Assembly: GCA_964016885.1 (NCBI GenBank)
Contig: OZ024742.1
Location: forward strand, 60,388,001 to 60,452,000
Source: Eledone cirrhosa
Lineage: Eukaryota
DNA: 64,000 nucleotides
Direction of reading: 5' to 3'
Each line of letters begins with the position of its first letter. The first letter of the stretch is position 1. Below, one piece after another: positions 1-14,608 of this stretch. A program made the translations under genes and the position numbers. A model generated the notes under the pieces. It was not told the DNA's origin. It saw only the letters and a list, made by a program, of their open reading frames with translations, and searched no databases.

Positions 1-27
1 TACGTATGGGGTATATCAAATATCAAT

Positions 28-250
28 AATAATATTCGATTCATTTGTAAACAAACGCCCTCATTAAAACTGTGCCGTGCGGATGACAAATCGTCAACTG
101 TTTGTTCAACACTGGCATTGAGGAACAATCAACATGTTTCTGGGTCATTAACCTTTATCAGGACTATATACCTCTGCCAAATTGTTGAACTGTTAAAAAC
201 ATATACTATTTTCTTAAGTGCACATAGGCTGAGTAGCCTCATTTGCATAC
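28..250. repeat. Dispersed repeat, second copy at ~45298-45526
   Basis: Colinear similarity by eye (ataatattcgattc...tcaacactggc...ggaacaatcaa...tagcctcatttgcatac) with 45298-45526; family unidentified. Confidence 0.7.
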
Positions 251-329
251 AGTTTGTACATGCGAAACGTTTGTGCAAAATAAATTCCCAAGCACTTGTC
301 TGTAGAGCAATTTTGGGGTTTGCTAGAAA

Positions 330-790
330 GATACGAAATCGAACCAACTTTCTTGTATACAGGAATAACAGGAGATGAATCATGGAAGTTTGACTACGAT
401 CCAAAGATAAAATGGTTAAGTCAGGAGTGGCACACGAAAACTCCTCGTCCGATAACAGCACGCATGAGGAAATCCAGGGTGAAAACGATGATTATCATTT
501 TTATTTTCGACAGCCGTGGTATTGTTCACAAGGATGTTTTAAATCCACAACATACTGTTAATCGCACCTTCTACAATGATGTCTTGAAATGATTTCGAGA
601 ACGGCTTCAGCAAGTCCGAAATGACACTGCAGGAGATTGGATGCTGTACTACCAGAATGCATCTACTCACACGACCATCTAATTAGAGAAATTCTGGCGC
701 AGGAAATCATTCCCACATTTCCACATACTAAGTGTACCCTAGATATATCTACCTTTTCCATAGGTTGAAATCGAAGTTGAACGACCATAC
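330..790 (+). pseudogene. Mariner/Tc1 transposase catalytic-domain relic
   Basis: ORF 296-592 reads ITGDESW.FDYDP..SQEW..PRP..KSRVKTM..FDSRGIVHK..TVN..FY.DVL. After a stop, WMLYYQNASTH resembles the LHHDNAPAH box. Confidence 0.88.
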
Positions 791-797
791 TTTGCAG

Positions 798-856
<59 letters not shown>

Positions 857-859
<3 letters not shown>

Positions 860-1925
860 ATGTAAATATAATGTATTTTGCAATACACTTTATGCTTAAT
901 TAAAAGCATTTTGAAGACCGTAAGCTATTGTTTTAAAGTAGTGACAAATTCACTCACTTCGATCTCAGCAAACAGGAGGAGATAAGCCGACATGACATGT
1001 TTCGCTTTTGTTGAAGCTTATCAAGGCCAACTACCCCGCCCGTCTGCTGAGATTAATGATGTTATATTCTTATAGAAATCTAGTAAATAATCAGGAGCTG
1101 ATTATGCAGAGCGGTTGTAGTTGGCCTTGATAAGCTTCAACAAAAGCGAAACATGTCATGTCGGCTTATCTCCTCCTGTTTGCTGAGATCGAAGTGAGTG
1201 AATTTGTCACTACTTTAAAACAATAGCTTACGGTCTTCAAAATGCTTTTAATTAAGCATAAAGTGTATTGCAAAATACATTATATTTACATCCATATATA
1301 TATTGCTATTTCAGAGCTACAATTCTAATTTTTAATTTCTGCCTGACCAACAACCGCTCTGCATAATCAGCTCCTGATTATTTACTAGATTTCTATAAGA
1401 ATATAACATCATTAATCTCAGCAGACGGGCGGGGTAGTTGGCCTTGATAAGCTTCAACAAAAGCGAAACATGTCATGTCGGCTTATCTCCTCCTGTTTGC
1501 TGAGATCGAAGTGAGTGAATTTGTCACTACTTTAAAACAATAGCTTACGGTCTTCAAAATGCTTTTAATTAAGCATAAAGTGTATTGCAAAATACATTAT
1601 ATTTACATCCATATATATATTGCTATTTCAGAGCTACAATTCTAATTTTTAATTTCTGCCTGACCAACAACCGCTCTGCATAATCAGCTCCTGATTATTT
1701 ACTAGATTTCTATAAGAATATAACATCATTAATCTCAGCAGACGGGCGGGGTAGTTGGCCTTGATAAGCTTCAACAAAAGCGAAACATGTCATGTCGGCT
1801 TATCTCCTCCTGTTTGCTGAGATCGAAGTGAGTGAATTTGTCACTACTTTAAAACAATAGCTTACGGTCTTCAAAATGCTTTTAATTAAGCATAAAGTGT
1901 ATTGCAAAATACATTATATTTACAT

Positions 1926-1929
<4 letters not shown>
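857..1929. mobile_element. Retrozyme-like HHR repeat: one inverted partial copy (857-1117) plus ~2.55 tandem 317-bp copies (1118-1929), inserted in (TA)n
   Basis: Identical blocks at 1123, 1440 and 1757 (period 317). 857-1117 is their reverse complement. Both ends run tttacatcc into (TA)n. Confidence 0.92.
1123..1166 (+). ncRNA. Type I hammerhead ribozyme, U3/A8 core variant (also 1440-1483, 1757-1800, and 985-1028 on -)
   Basis: ggcc-TTGATAA-gctt caaca aagc-GAA-acat gtc atgt-C-ggct: stems I, II and III pair; GUC triplet. Confidence 0.85.
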
Positions 1930-2004
<75 letters not shown>

Positions 2005-2006
<2 letters not shown>

Positions 2007-2940
2007 AACTTCGTATAGCTAAAGATATACAGTATGTTTGATAAATAGATATTTTTAAAGTCTAGCTATTAATATTGAAAGGCTGACGCCTAGCGCCGTC
2101 TAGCGGATTCCAGCATGAGCAGCGGGAGACAACCGACTATGTACATTTGAAACTCTGGCTATCATCAGAACAGTACTCCACTTGCTTTCTGCTCTAACTT
2201 GAAATAGGGGACATTATAGAGTGGTTCGCCCGTCTACATGTACTGATTAGTCTCATTTGCATATGGAATTGCGTAATTGGCTCAACTAGTAGAATTAAAA
2301 GGTGTTCGCTCCGATATAGCTGTATACATGTGTATTTGTATAGCTAGCGTTATACTCCATGTTTACGAATAAATATTTGAAGGCTTTTAGGTATGAATTT
2401 TGGAAGCAGATGACTAGATCCATCAGGCGGTTTCCAGCGGAAACAGGGGCGCGTAATCTGTCGACAGTCGACTGTTATCAAAACAGCGCTCCCGCTCTCG
2501 ACCCTCTGCTGGAAGTCAACATAGGCGTAAACCTACAGTTTGATGCCTATATACATAGACTGATAACCCTCTCATTTGTATATGGAGCTGTCAGCATGAA
2601 AATTGAATTAAGGCGCCCACCCCGACATCACTGTAACCATATAGATGTGTGTATTCATACATCTAGCGATATACGGTATGTTTATGAATAAACATTGAAA
2701 GCCTTCAGCTATGAATTTTGCAAAATTATATATTTGCGCATATATTGAATTGCAGCAGAGCGCAAGGAGGGACAGCGCCGTCTTGATAACGACCGGAGCC
2801 AGAAACAGTAGACAAATTACCCGCTCCTGCCTCTGTTGGAATTCACCTTATGGCCCTAGTCATCAGCTTCCAAAATTCATAGCCTAAGGCTTTCAAATGT
2901 TTATTCTTAAACACACCGTATATCGTAAGATATACAAACA
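2005..2940. repeat. Old ~325-bp unit in ~2.2 tandem copies plus one inverted copy (~2760-2940); related copy at 47720-47962 (-)
   Basis: Recurrent gatatac.gtatgttt..gaataaa..tttgaa.g.cttt.g.tatgaattttgg at ~2010, ~2338 and ~2658, and reverse complement at 2843-2938. Confidence 0.7.
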
Positions 2941-2974
2941 CACATACACGCACCAGCACACTCACACACACACA

Positions 2975-3092
<118 letters not shown>

Positions 3093-4417
3093 TGCACACA
3101 CACACACACACATACATACACACACACATATATATATTCCACTTAATTTTCTCAATAATCGTGAGCAAGTTTCGTTCAGTGTAGTTAGTGTATCTTCGCA
3201 CTTTTCTCTTCGTTTCTATCGATCTTCGTTTTCCGTTTTTTGAAAGCATAATGAACAAACGTGACACACGGGACATTCTCAATGATTAGTAATCCACGGC
3301 TCAGTCACTAAAATATGTTAATCCAATAATCTGTTCTATTAACTCCATTTGCTTGGCATGCCGTTTTTGAAGTTAAACATTTCTATTTTATCTTATTACT
3401 TTTTATTTTTGCTTCTTGTTTGCTTTCGCCTTGTGCAAAAATACGACACTGCATCACTAAGTTGGTTATTGTTAGATTTGCGTTTGATTTTTTTTTTTAT
3501 ATAACTAATTTGATCCGTTATTCGTTAAGTATTCATTGACACCCGAAGATCAATAGCGAGCTAGGTTAAAATCTTTCTCACTTGGGATCTTGAGATCCAT
3601 TAGTGAATATCAGTGAAGAATTGATCGCCGAAGTAATATGAATATGTTTTAGGCATGGGCAACGATAAATTCGATATATTTATTTATCATTGTTTAAACT
3701 GAAATTTGAAACTTTACCGCAGCAAGTCTCAAGTAATTTTGATTGTATTTTCCGCATGACTTTTATATTGTCTTCGTTCTTCATAAGCTGTGAATTGGAG
3801 TGATGATTAAAAGCCTCAGGAAGTATTCATGCATTCTGATTTAAAATTCCTCGGTTTTCAACATAGCATTTCATGTTTTGGGATCGATAAATAAAGTCCC
3901 AGTCCAGACGGTGTAGTATTAACATAATTGATAAAATTTGGGACGGAAAACTTTACCGTACCTATTCTGGTTCTGATTCCTTAGAATGGCCTGCCGATCG
4001 GCTCCATTATTATATATATATATATATATATTTTTGAGGCGTTGGGGGAATGTTAGCTCGCGCTAAATCATTACATCAACATACCCTATTCATACATAAT
4101 GGGATTTACCTGATATACACACTATTTCAGAGATATATTTTGCAGCAGAGGCAGAATGTTTGATAATGAAAAGAAGTGACAAAATATTTTGATATATTAG
4201 TGATAGAAAAGATAATTGAAAAATATAATTCTACAAGACGTAACTAAGAAAAAGATTTATGAGTATCCCTCGCTATGTTAAAAAGAAAAGTATAACGAGG
4301 TAAATATGGATACTAAGTTAACAATGACATAAATTATGAATATGCAACGTAATCAAAAATAAATATGTGTGTATGTATGATGTATATATATATATACATA
4401 TATACATATATACATAG

Positions 4418-4465
<48 letters not shown>

Positions 4466-4469
4466 ACAG

Positions 4470-4530
<61 letters not shown>

Positions 4531-4588
4531 TTTCCGTAGTCGTTATAGTGACGTACGGTCCAAGGCATTATTGCAATATTATATAACC

Positions 4589-5360
4589 AACTAGCAGAAT
4601 GGCCCGGCGTTGCTCGGGATTTGCTATAGGGTTCTTATATATTGATATATATTTATACTTATCGAACCTCGTGAAATAAATACGTTTGTTTATATTTTGT
4701 TATTGTGTATACAAAAATATATATCCATAAATATATAATTATATATATATATATATTAAAATAACAGACTAAAGTTTAAGCAAATAATCACTGCTTTCAC
4801 CCTTAACGGGTTATTCTACATAAAAGCAGTATGAAGTACATACACTAAGACTAATTGATGTAATATTTGGCCTTGTTTGTTTATATTTTGTTTTTGTGTG
4901 TGCAAAAATATCTGTACACGAATATCTATATTAAAATAACATATTAAAGTTTAAGCAAAGAAACGCTGCTTTCAACCTTAACGGGATCTTCTTAAACTAA
5001 CAAAATCAAACCTGAACACAGGAAGACAATACTTTAGTTCGTGAAGACGATCCCTGGCATAAGAATATATACACACATACACACTGAACGCGTCATAATG
5101 ACGTAATGCAGACAGTCAGGCATACAGACAGATATTATGAAGGCGCGACGTCATATCTATGTATCTATCTAAAAAGAGAAAGAGATCGCTAAATCGCCTT
5201 ATGCGGTCCCTAGGGCATTGAAAATTTGAAATTGTTTTTGCTTAAAACACTTCCGGGGTCATAGGAGTTACATGTATAAAGTTTGAAAAAAACCGGTTGG
5301 GTACTTCTCGAGATTTAGGGAAACAGACACACAGACATCCTCTGTTTTATATATATAGAT
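4589..5360 (+). mobile_element. Non-autonomous Helentron/HINE (Lep1-like) element
   Basis: 5' actagcagaatggcccggcgttgctcggg hairpin; 3' acagacacacagacatcctctgttttatatatatagat. These termini are typical of this class. Confidence 0.65.
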
Positions 5361-5699
5361 AACTGGAGAAATAATGTGAGGCAGAGGAGAATTGAGTAAT
5401 GTAATAGACCTGAGGCAGAAAGAGTAGACTTAAATAAGCTGAAAACAACACGAAAATATATATATGACTAGATGCATCATATTTTAAAATTGTATACGTT
5501 TTATTATTTTCGCTTGGATGAAAAATCTGGGAGGATCAATGGTTTTGTAGGTGAAGTGGAAATGAAAAACGACTTTTAGGATAACATAAGGTGAAATGCT
5601 GAAATGTTGAAATGTGTTGATATAATCTAAAATTGAATTATTTGAAAAATTATTAGAGGACACGTGGTAGCGGACTAATACCCTTGTGCAGGGTTACAA

Positions 5700-6639
<940 letters not shown>

Positions 6640-6817
6640 TGAATATAAAAGAAAAGCTAACACAGATATATACATATAAGTGTTCAAATCGCAAGGGACC
6701 AGAATCGCTAAGGTGAAAAGAATACTAACTATAGATAATAGGGTTTGCCTGACTCAATTTTAAGAATATTATATTGTAAGATACTATTTTCAGTTTCTAA
6801 CTCGATATATACCTTTG

Positions 6818-6849
<32 letters not shown>

Positions 6850-9365
6850 TTATTAAAATAACAGATTAAAGTTTAAGCAAAGAATCGCTGCTTTCACCCT
6901 TAACAGGATCTTCTGAACCTAAAAAAGTCAATCTGTGAACTCAGAAATAAATATTTCAATAAACCTTGTAGCCGGAGGAAGACAGGAAGACGATACTCTG
7001 GTTCGTGGAAACGTTCCTTGGCAAAAAACGGAAAAAAACGAAGATAATACGTCATTATGTGGCGCGTTGAGAACAATTGCACGCAAAGACAAAACCACGT
7101 AAATGGTATAACTGAAGTCGTAGACTAAAATTCTAACTAGGAAACCGAATGATTCTCGGCTTCTGAGTTAAGAATAAAGTAAATAAAATACAGAGGTAAT
7201 TGAAATAAATAAATACATACACGCATCCATATACATACATATACAAGCATACGCAAAACACTCGCCATAGCTATACAAATACAAGCATGTACACAAAAGA
7301 ACCAGCACGCACATACAGAACCCACGCAACGCCTGTGCTCGCACACATACGAAAGTATACACCAAATACACATAAAAATATATTTAAAAAAAATATATAA
7401 GTGTGTTTGTTGTGTGTGTGCGTGTATACATATAATTAAATAAACGTATATAAATAAATAAATACGTATATAACGCGCTCACACACATACCTACATGTAA
7501 ATATACATATGTTCGGAGACGTAGGTCGACGAAAACACAAAGTACACATATACACACACCCTGCATACGTACGAACCCGCATACCCACATAGACGCAAAG
7601 CTCGCGTATACACATAACCAAATGCACATGTACCAGAATATATAATATATACGCCATAACATACACAAACAAATATACGTACGAGAAAGTATACTTACCT
7701 TCACAAAACATACAGGTAATATATACATACCTATACAAATAATTAATGGTATAAACATAACATATACTTAGCTACCACATTAAGACGTAATATAACCGCG
7801 TATAGTTCGTACTATCCGTTAGGGTATAATGAGGAGCTGTAATATAGGAAAGTTTTGTGCAATTCATGTTTACAAGCCGAAATTGCTTCATATTTTTTTG
7901 TTTTAGATGTGGTCTTTGGAGTAGAATATTTCCCTGGCCTCAGCGGCGCAGAGGTCACATGGTCTTGTATTTCCGTTATACGATCTAGCCCTAGCTAGGA
8001 TCTCCCAGTGTAACTTATATTGGGTGTGGTTGTCTTTTAGACTCCCGATATAAGCTGAAAGTGACGTCATATTTCTCCTTAAAGAGTCAAGAAAAGAATG
8101 AGTATGCATGTAAAGACGCTGCTTGAATCTATTGGCGGTTAACTTTATGTAGGCCCTACGGGACGTGGGTATTTCCACCTTACATTTGTAGACAATGTTA
8201 CTAGAGAGCCATTTCCCGGATAGGGGGCAGACAACCCGATTCCTACAATTACAGTTAGTACTAGCTACAGGGTTGCACGTGTTCCTACGGCTAGGTAGTT
8301 TAGCTAAAATTGAAGCTGTGAGGTTATGTGCAAGGTTAAGAGTCGTAGAGTAAGACATTTTAATGGTATTTCTATTAAAAATGTTACTATATTTATGTGC
8401 ACAAAACTTTCCTCTATTACAGCCCCACATTATACCCTAACGGATAGTACGCACTATACGCGGATATTTTACTTCTTGATGTGGTAGCTAAGTATATGTT
8501 ATGTTTATACCATTAATTATTTGTATAGGTAAGTATATATTACCAGTATGTTTTGTGAAGGTACGTATACTTTCTCGTACGTATATTTGGATTGTGTATG
8601 TTATGGCGTATATATTATATATTCTGGTACATGTGCATTTGGTTATGTGTATACGCGAGTTTTGCGTCTGTGTGAGTATGCGGGTTCGTACGTATGCAGG
8701 GTGTGTGTATATGTGTACTTTGTGTTCTGGTCGACGTACGTCTCCGAACATATGTGTATTTACATGTAGGTATGTGTGTGAGCGCGTTATATACGTATTT
8801 ATTTATTTATATACGTTTACTTAATTATATGTATAATCGCACACACACATACATATATATATATCATTTTTTATATATATTTTTATGTGTATTTGGTGTA
8901 TACCTTCGTATGTATGCGGGCACAGGCGTTGCGTGGGTTCTGTATGTGCGTGCGGCTTTTTTGTGTACGAGCTTGTATTTATATACCTATGGCGAGTGTT
9001 TTGCGTATACTTGTATATGTACGTATATGGATGCGTGTATGTATTTATTTATTTCAATTACCTCTGTATTTTATTTACTTTATTCTTAACTCTGAAGCCG
9101 AGAATCATTCGGTTTCCTACTTAGATTTTTAGTCTACGACTTCTGTTATACCGACTGCAAAGTTTTTTGAAATATTTACTTATGCTTTCACAGATTGACT
9201 TTTTAGTTTCAGAAGATCCTGTTAAGGGTGATAGCAGCGATTCTTTGCTTAACATTTAATGTTATTTTAATAAATATTTGCTCTACGGTTATTATATATT
9301 TGATATATATTTATCCATATCGAGCCCTCTTTGGATTTTGTGTCTTCAAATTTATTATTATTACT
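6850..9365 (-). mobile_element. 5'-truncated PLE family B (- strand 6850-8400) with inverted copy of its 3' region (8398-9365)
   Basis: ~900-bp inverted arms around a GIY-YIG remnant; (TA)n on both sides; further copy at 43458-45108. Confidence 0.9.
7812..8400 (-). pseudogene. PLE linker + GIY-YIG endonuclease remnant (CxC..CPL.G type)
   Basis: IFNRNTIKMSYSTT..NCNCRNRVVCPLSGKWLSSNIVYKC..AYIKLTANRFKQRLYMH..LSAYIGSLK..WEIL..CDLCAAE. Confidence 0.88.
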
Positions 9366-9474
9366 ATATATATATATATATATATGCGCGTGTGTGTGTA
9401 TGTCTGTCTGTGTGTGTCTGTGTATGTACCTACACACATACACACACTCACACATACCCACTCATGCTCTAAAA

Positions 9475-9767
<293 letters not shown>

Positions 9768-9789
9768 TATATATATATATATATAACTC

Positions 9790-9925
9790 ATCTTATTTCT
9801 CCCGATTTAAACTGTTCTAGTACCGTAGAAGCCATTTCTATATTAAATATTTATACCTTGCTATGCATTAAGTACCTTTCTTACTATGGTTATTCCCGAT
9901 TGAACCCTTGATAAACTTATATATA
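9790..9925 (+). repeat. Degenerate copy of the family forming the 29330-29512 fold-back
   Basis: ttctagtaccgtagaagccatttctatattaaatatt is the reverse complement of ~29391-29427. Confidence 0.6.
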
Positions 9926-10524
9926 CATATACTTGAAAAAGGAGTGAGGTTCTATACAAAGCAGAGGTTATATAGAAAAGGTGGAATTGGAAACAGCGCG
10001 GAAAATATATTTAAAGGATCTGTTTTTCTTATTTTGTTCTTCTTTTATCCCTGAAAGTAACATTATTGAAAAAATGAGAGGAGTATTTTTTTTTAAAAGA
10101 GGAGTTTTATAATGTATATAAAATATATCAAATGTAGCCGGTCTCGATGTATCGGTGTAATCCATCTTACCAAATGTTAGTTAGAAGAAGACTGGGTCAA
10201 AAACGGAACTATATATTTATAGAGAGAGGTGGTCATAGCAGTAGTAGTGGTTGTAGTCGTGTCTTTTCACATCACACAATTATTTTTAGGGAGAGCCCAT
10301 TTTTCCGTATATACGTGTTTACCTCAATTGTGTTAAAGGACTGGTCAAGCATTCAGATGGGGCTGGCGAAGAGGGGAAATGTAAGCTAGAGAAAATTGCT
10401 ATAGAGGAGAGAGGTATATATATATATATATGATTGTCAAAAGTATAGGATTGTAAAAGGAATTCTATTTTATGAATATGGTTTTAGAACATGAGTGCGT
10501 ATGTGTGTGTGTGTATGTGTATGC

Positions 10525-10608
<84 letters not shown>

Positions 10609-10642
10609 GGAGAGTATATGTGTTTATATATATATACATATA

Positions 10643-10993
10643 TATTTAATTAGAAAGTGAACAACACAAAATATAGCTACTCCATTGCTAAAGGTTTCTG
10701 GCTCACATACGCTAATAATATACGTCTGGATCGTTCGTCAGATAGAAATGTTATGGATAACAAAAATGAAAAGAGATTTAAAATCTGTTACAGATTAAAA
10801 CTCTCATTTCATATTTTTTATCTAAAACATTTCTATCTGACGATCGATCCAGACGTATATTATTATCGTCTGTGATCCAGAAACCTTTGGTAATGTAGTA
10901 ATTATATTTTGTGTTGTTCACTTTCTAATTAAATAGCCCTGTTCTATACATAGAACACTCTTATTTCTTTTGCTTTTCCTTTGCAATTACCTA

Positions 10994-10995
<2 letters not shown>
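10643..10995. mobile_element. Fold-back insertion with HHR in each arm (10680-10748 -, 10831-10898 +)
   Basis: ~140-bp arms; ttctat-CTGACGA-..gatccagacg..cgtctgtgatc..-GAAA-cctttgg-TA; same family as 63488-63695. Confidence 0.8.
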
Positions 10996-11529
<534 letters not shown>

Positions 11530-11619
11530 TTATTGTAACTGTGATAGGAGTAACACTTAGTCAGAGAAATATTGGTGGTGGGGGAGAAGGAAAATAAGTA
11601 TTTTTTTTGTATTTATAGT

Positions 11620-11870
11620 GTGTGTGGCCATCTTTAAATGTGCATTTTTGTCCTTCAATTAAGAATAGGTATGCGCCACAATTTGTTCTCCCGAATTCTG
11701 TTACCGTAAGGTTGGATATTGGTTTGTGTATATTTGTTCAAGTGAGAATGTAATTTAGTGATTTGGGGTTGCCTTTAATTTTTAATGATTTTGTGTGTTT
11801 CTAGGATCTTTTTGAGTTTTTGATCTTTAAATAGAATGGATATGTTTTTGTGTAGGTGGTCGAACATTTC
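11620..11870 (-). pseudogene. Neptune-type PLE linker/zinc-knuckle remnant
   Basis: Manual translation ILFKDQKLKKILETHKIIKN*RQP..SLNYILT..VTEFGRTNCGAYLFLIEGQKCTFK parallels the 60528-61045 protein (IIYSRRQAPNLKKLIT..VTKCGDPRCGTCELIEEGKQLSFK). Confidence 0.65.
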
Positions 11871-11971
11871 GGTCTTTCTATATATATAATATACATCTGT
11901 ACAGTATGTGGAAGGAATATATTCGGTTAACGGGCGGGTTGGAATTTGAAATGTATTTATATAAAATGTAT

Positions 11972-12160
11972 TAGGTCGTAGTCTGGCGGTGCCAAATCAG
12001 GTGAGTATGTAGGGTGCGGCAGAGTTCTCAACATGAATAAAGTGATTCCCTCCTTTGTCCTGATGCTCGTATGAGGTTTGGCATTGCCTTGTTGAAGAAC
12101 AAAATTGTTCATCACAAAGTCGGGCCTTACTCGTCGAATTCTTGTTTCTAGCCTAATGAG
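11972..12160 (-). pseudogene. Mariner transposase fragment
   Basis: RIRRVRP..VLQQGNAKPHTS..LPHPTYSPDLAPPDY, the mariner YSPDLAP signature. Confidence 0.9.
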
Positions 12161-12445
12161 GATGTGTGTGTGTAAACTTGTCTTGTACATTGACTTTCCT
12201 TATTTCCTCTTCCTGTCACTTCTGTGAACCAACACACTTCCCTTTGTCCTGTCCCACCACTTTTAATCTTTTCTAAATTTCATCTGTTTGTCACCCACCT
12301 TGTGGATGGTCTCTGTGTTGACCACTGTCCGATGGTCTGTGTACTCTGAGACACTTTGTCTTTGACAGCATTTATCTGTTTTAACGGTTGTTCTATTTTT
12401 ATATGTATATATATTTCTGTGTCTGAATAATTATATATATATATT

Positions 12446-12930
12446 TCGTTTCTGAATTTGTTTAGCAAGATTCTTTATCTGAAATCGTGTGTTGAAACCG
12501 ATATTGTTATACTTTGGGAGGGTCATGTTGCCAATAAGAAACACACGCACCAGTTGCTTTCACTTCAATTTATTATATATTTATAAATTTATAAATTTAT
12601 AAATTTCTGGTTGGTTGGTTCCACAACCAGATAGTTGTTTATATATAGTCATAGTTCTTTCGTCACACACTCTGTGACCTCTTCAGTGACTGGGGATTCC
12701 TTTCTTTGTTTCCGTGCCTCTCCTTTTTTTCTTCTTTGTTCTGTCCTACTGAAGAGGTCACAGAGTGTGTGACGAAAGAACTATGACTATATATAAAGAA
12801 CTATCTGGTTGTGGAACCAACCAACCAACCAGAAATTTATAAATTTATAAATTTATAAATATATAATAAATTGAAGTGAAAGCAACTGGTGCGTGTGTTT
12901 CTTATTGGCAACATGACCCTCCCAAAGTAT

Positions 12931-12937
<7 letters not shown>
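12446..12937. mobile_element. Fold-back insertion with canonical HHRs
   Basis: Near-perfect arms 12501-12687 / 12748-12937; left arm extends to a TA tract at ~12445. Confidence 0.9.
12647..12691 (-). ncRNA. Canonical minimal type I HHR (partial + copy 12748-12788)
   Basis: agtca-CTGAAGA-g-gtcaca gagtg tgtgac-GAAA-gaac-TA-tgact; stems I and II perfect. Confidence 0.9.
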
Positions 12938-13002
<65 letters not shown>

Positions 13003-13654
13003 GGATTTTAATGGATACAGTTTAGTTAAAAGGAATTTATTGGCACGTGTTTCTATAACAGTTACATAACCTGAAAACAGCTGCTATTTACAAAGTATTA
13101 GTTATGCAGACATTCAATATTTCAATGTTATTATCAACTGTCATTTCATCGGAATAATTTTACTGAGGACCTGTTTGGTTTTTATAGAGAATATTAGGAG
13201 GGAGGGGTGAAGTTGTTAGAAGAATAGTTGAGGGAGTGGTTTTTGGTGGCAGTGAGTAATTAGATTCCCATCTGTTGTTTTGACATTTTTATAGAATATA
13301 TTATTGGTTATTTTTCTAAATCTATAGAAGGATTAGAGATAGTATAGATATGCGTGGTTGGTTTTGTGTTTGCACTTAATTAACATTCAGACTTAAATTT
13401 TTCTTTCAAGTGTACGTATCCTTTCGCCCACGCATTCACACAAAAACATATATGCACACCTCTACACAATACATATACTCACATACACATACTTACATGC
13501 TCATACTTACATACATATACACATGCATACATATATATATATACACATATATACATGTATATACATACGCGTTCATGTGTATACATTTTCATACTCAACT
13601 TATCTTTATATACACACGTATAGACACACACATATATACACACATACTCCAGTC

Positions 13655-13725
<71 letters not shown>

Positions 13726-14001
13726 ACTTTAATACATGAATGCACCTACATCTAACTATACACATCAAACATATATATATATTTACTTATTTATATACAT
13801 TTTCCCCATATATATACATACTTATGGTCGCTTTTAGACACATTCATTATTGCATATTTGCACTTATTCTCATCAGCATATCTTTCCATTATTAGTGTGG
13901 TAATTTAAGGTTATTAATATACATATATATGTTGAGAAGGGATTATTTTTATATTTTTATAACTAGATTGAGGTTTATATAGTTGGGGGGATGTTCCTAT
14001 T

Positions 14002-14470
14002 TTATGTAATATTCAGCTTGTAGTGGGAAAAAAGGGTTTTAGTTCGGTGACGGCAGAATAATGTTCGTTCAATTCTGTTATTCAGCAATTTCCTCTTGTG
14101 TGTGATTATGTAATAGATCTCAAGATTACACAATTTGCAGACATTTTGGCTCCTGGAAAAGCGTTGGGTTTTAGCTAATTTCTCCCATTTTAGGGTAAAC
14201 TTTTGATCGCTATCCCTGAGCGTCCAAGCTTTTTCTGCTAAAGTTGTTACATTTCTTTGGCTCTGGTGTTTTATTGAGTAAGAATGCCTATATAATCGAG
14301 ATTTAAACGATGTTGCCGTTGATCCCACGTAATACCACTCGTTGCCTCCGGATTTAATGGTACACTTATAAATAATATTTTTTCCAGGCAGTTATTGCCG
14401 AGGGGGCAGTTGTCAGGATAGGTGCAGTTACAGTTGTGTACGTTGGGTTTTCTCTGGAGTAGTATTGCGG
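14002..14470 (-). pseudogene. PLE GIY-YIG endonuclease remnant
   Basis: HNCNCTYPDNCPLGNNCL/NIIYKC..YYVGSTATSFKSRLYRH..LAEKAWTLR..LKWEKL..CKLCNLE..LNNRIE..CRH, with a frameshift. Confidence 0.88.
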
Positions 14471-14475
14471 ACGAA

Positions 14476-14530
<55 letters not shown>

Positions 14531-14532
<2 letters not shown>

Positions 14533-14608
14533 CGAAGGAAATGTGGTAAGGAACCAGGTGGACCATAACGCACCAAAGTACTCAATACTTAGGGTAGTAG
14601 AGTGGGTA
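14531..14608 (-). repeat. Isolated 3'-terminal 78 bp of PLE family C in (TA)n
   Basis: aacgaaggaaatgtggtaaggaaccaggtggaccataacgc.. near-identical to 9575, 33660 and 60312. Confidence 0.9.

Noticed and set aside
1118-1929. CRISPR-like array or assembly duplication
   Set aside because: There are no unique spacers and the context is eukaryotic. An assembly artefact cannot be fully excluded, but the HHR-per-unit layout with an inverted arm matches other, diverged insertions
10130-10178. Degenerate HHR on - (TTGGTAA-gatg..catc-GAGA-ccgg)
   Set aside because: Several core changes, no stem I and a single copy; not supportable
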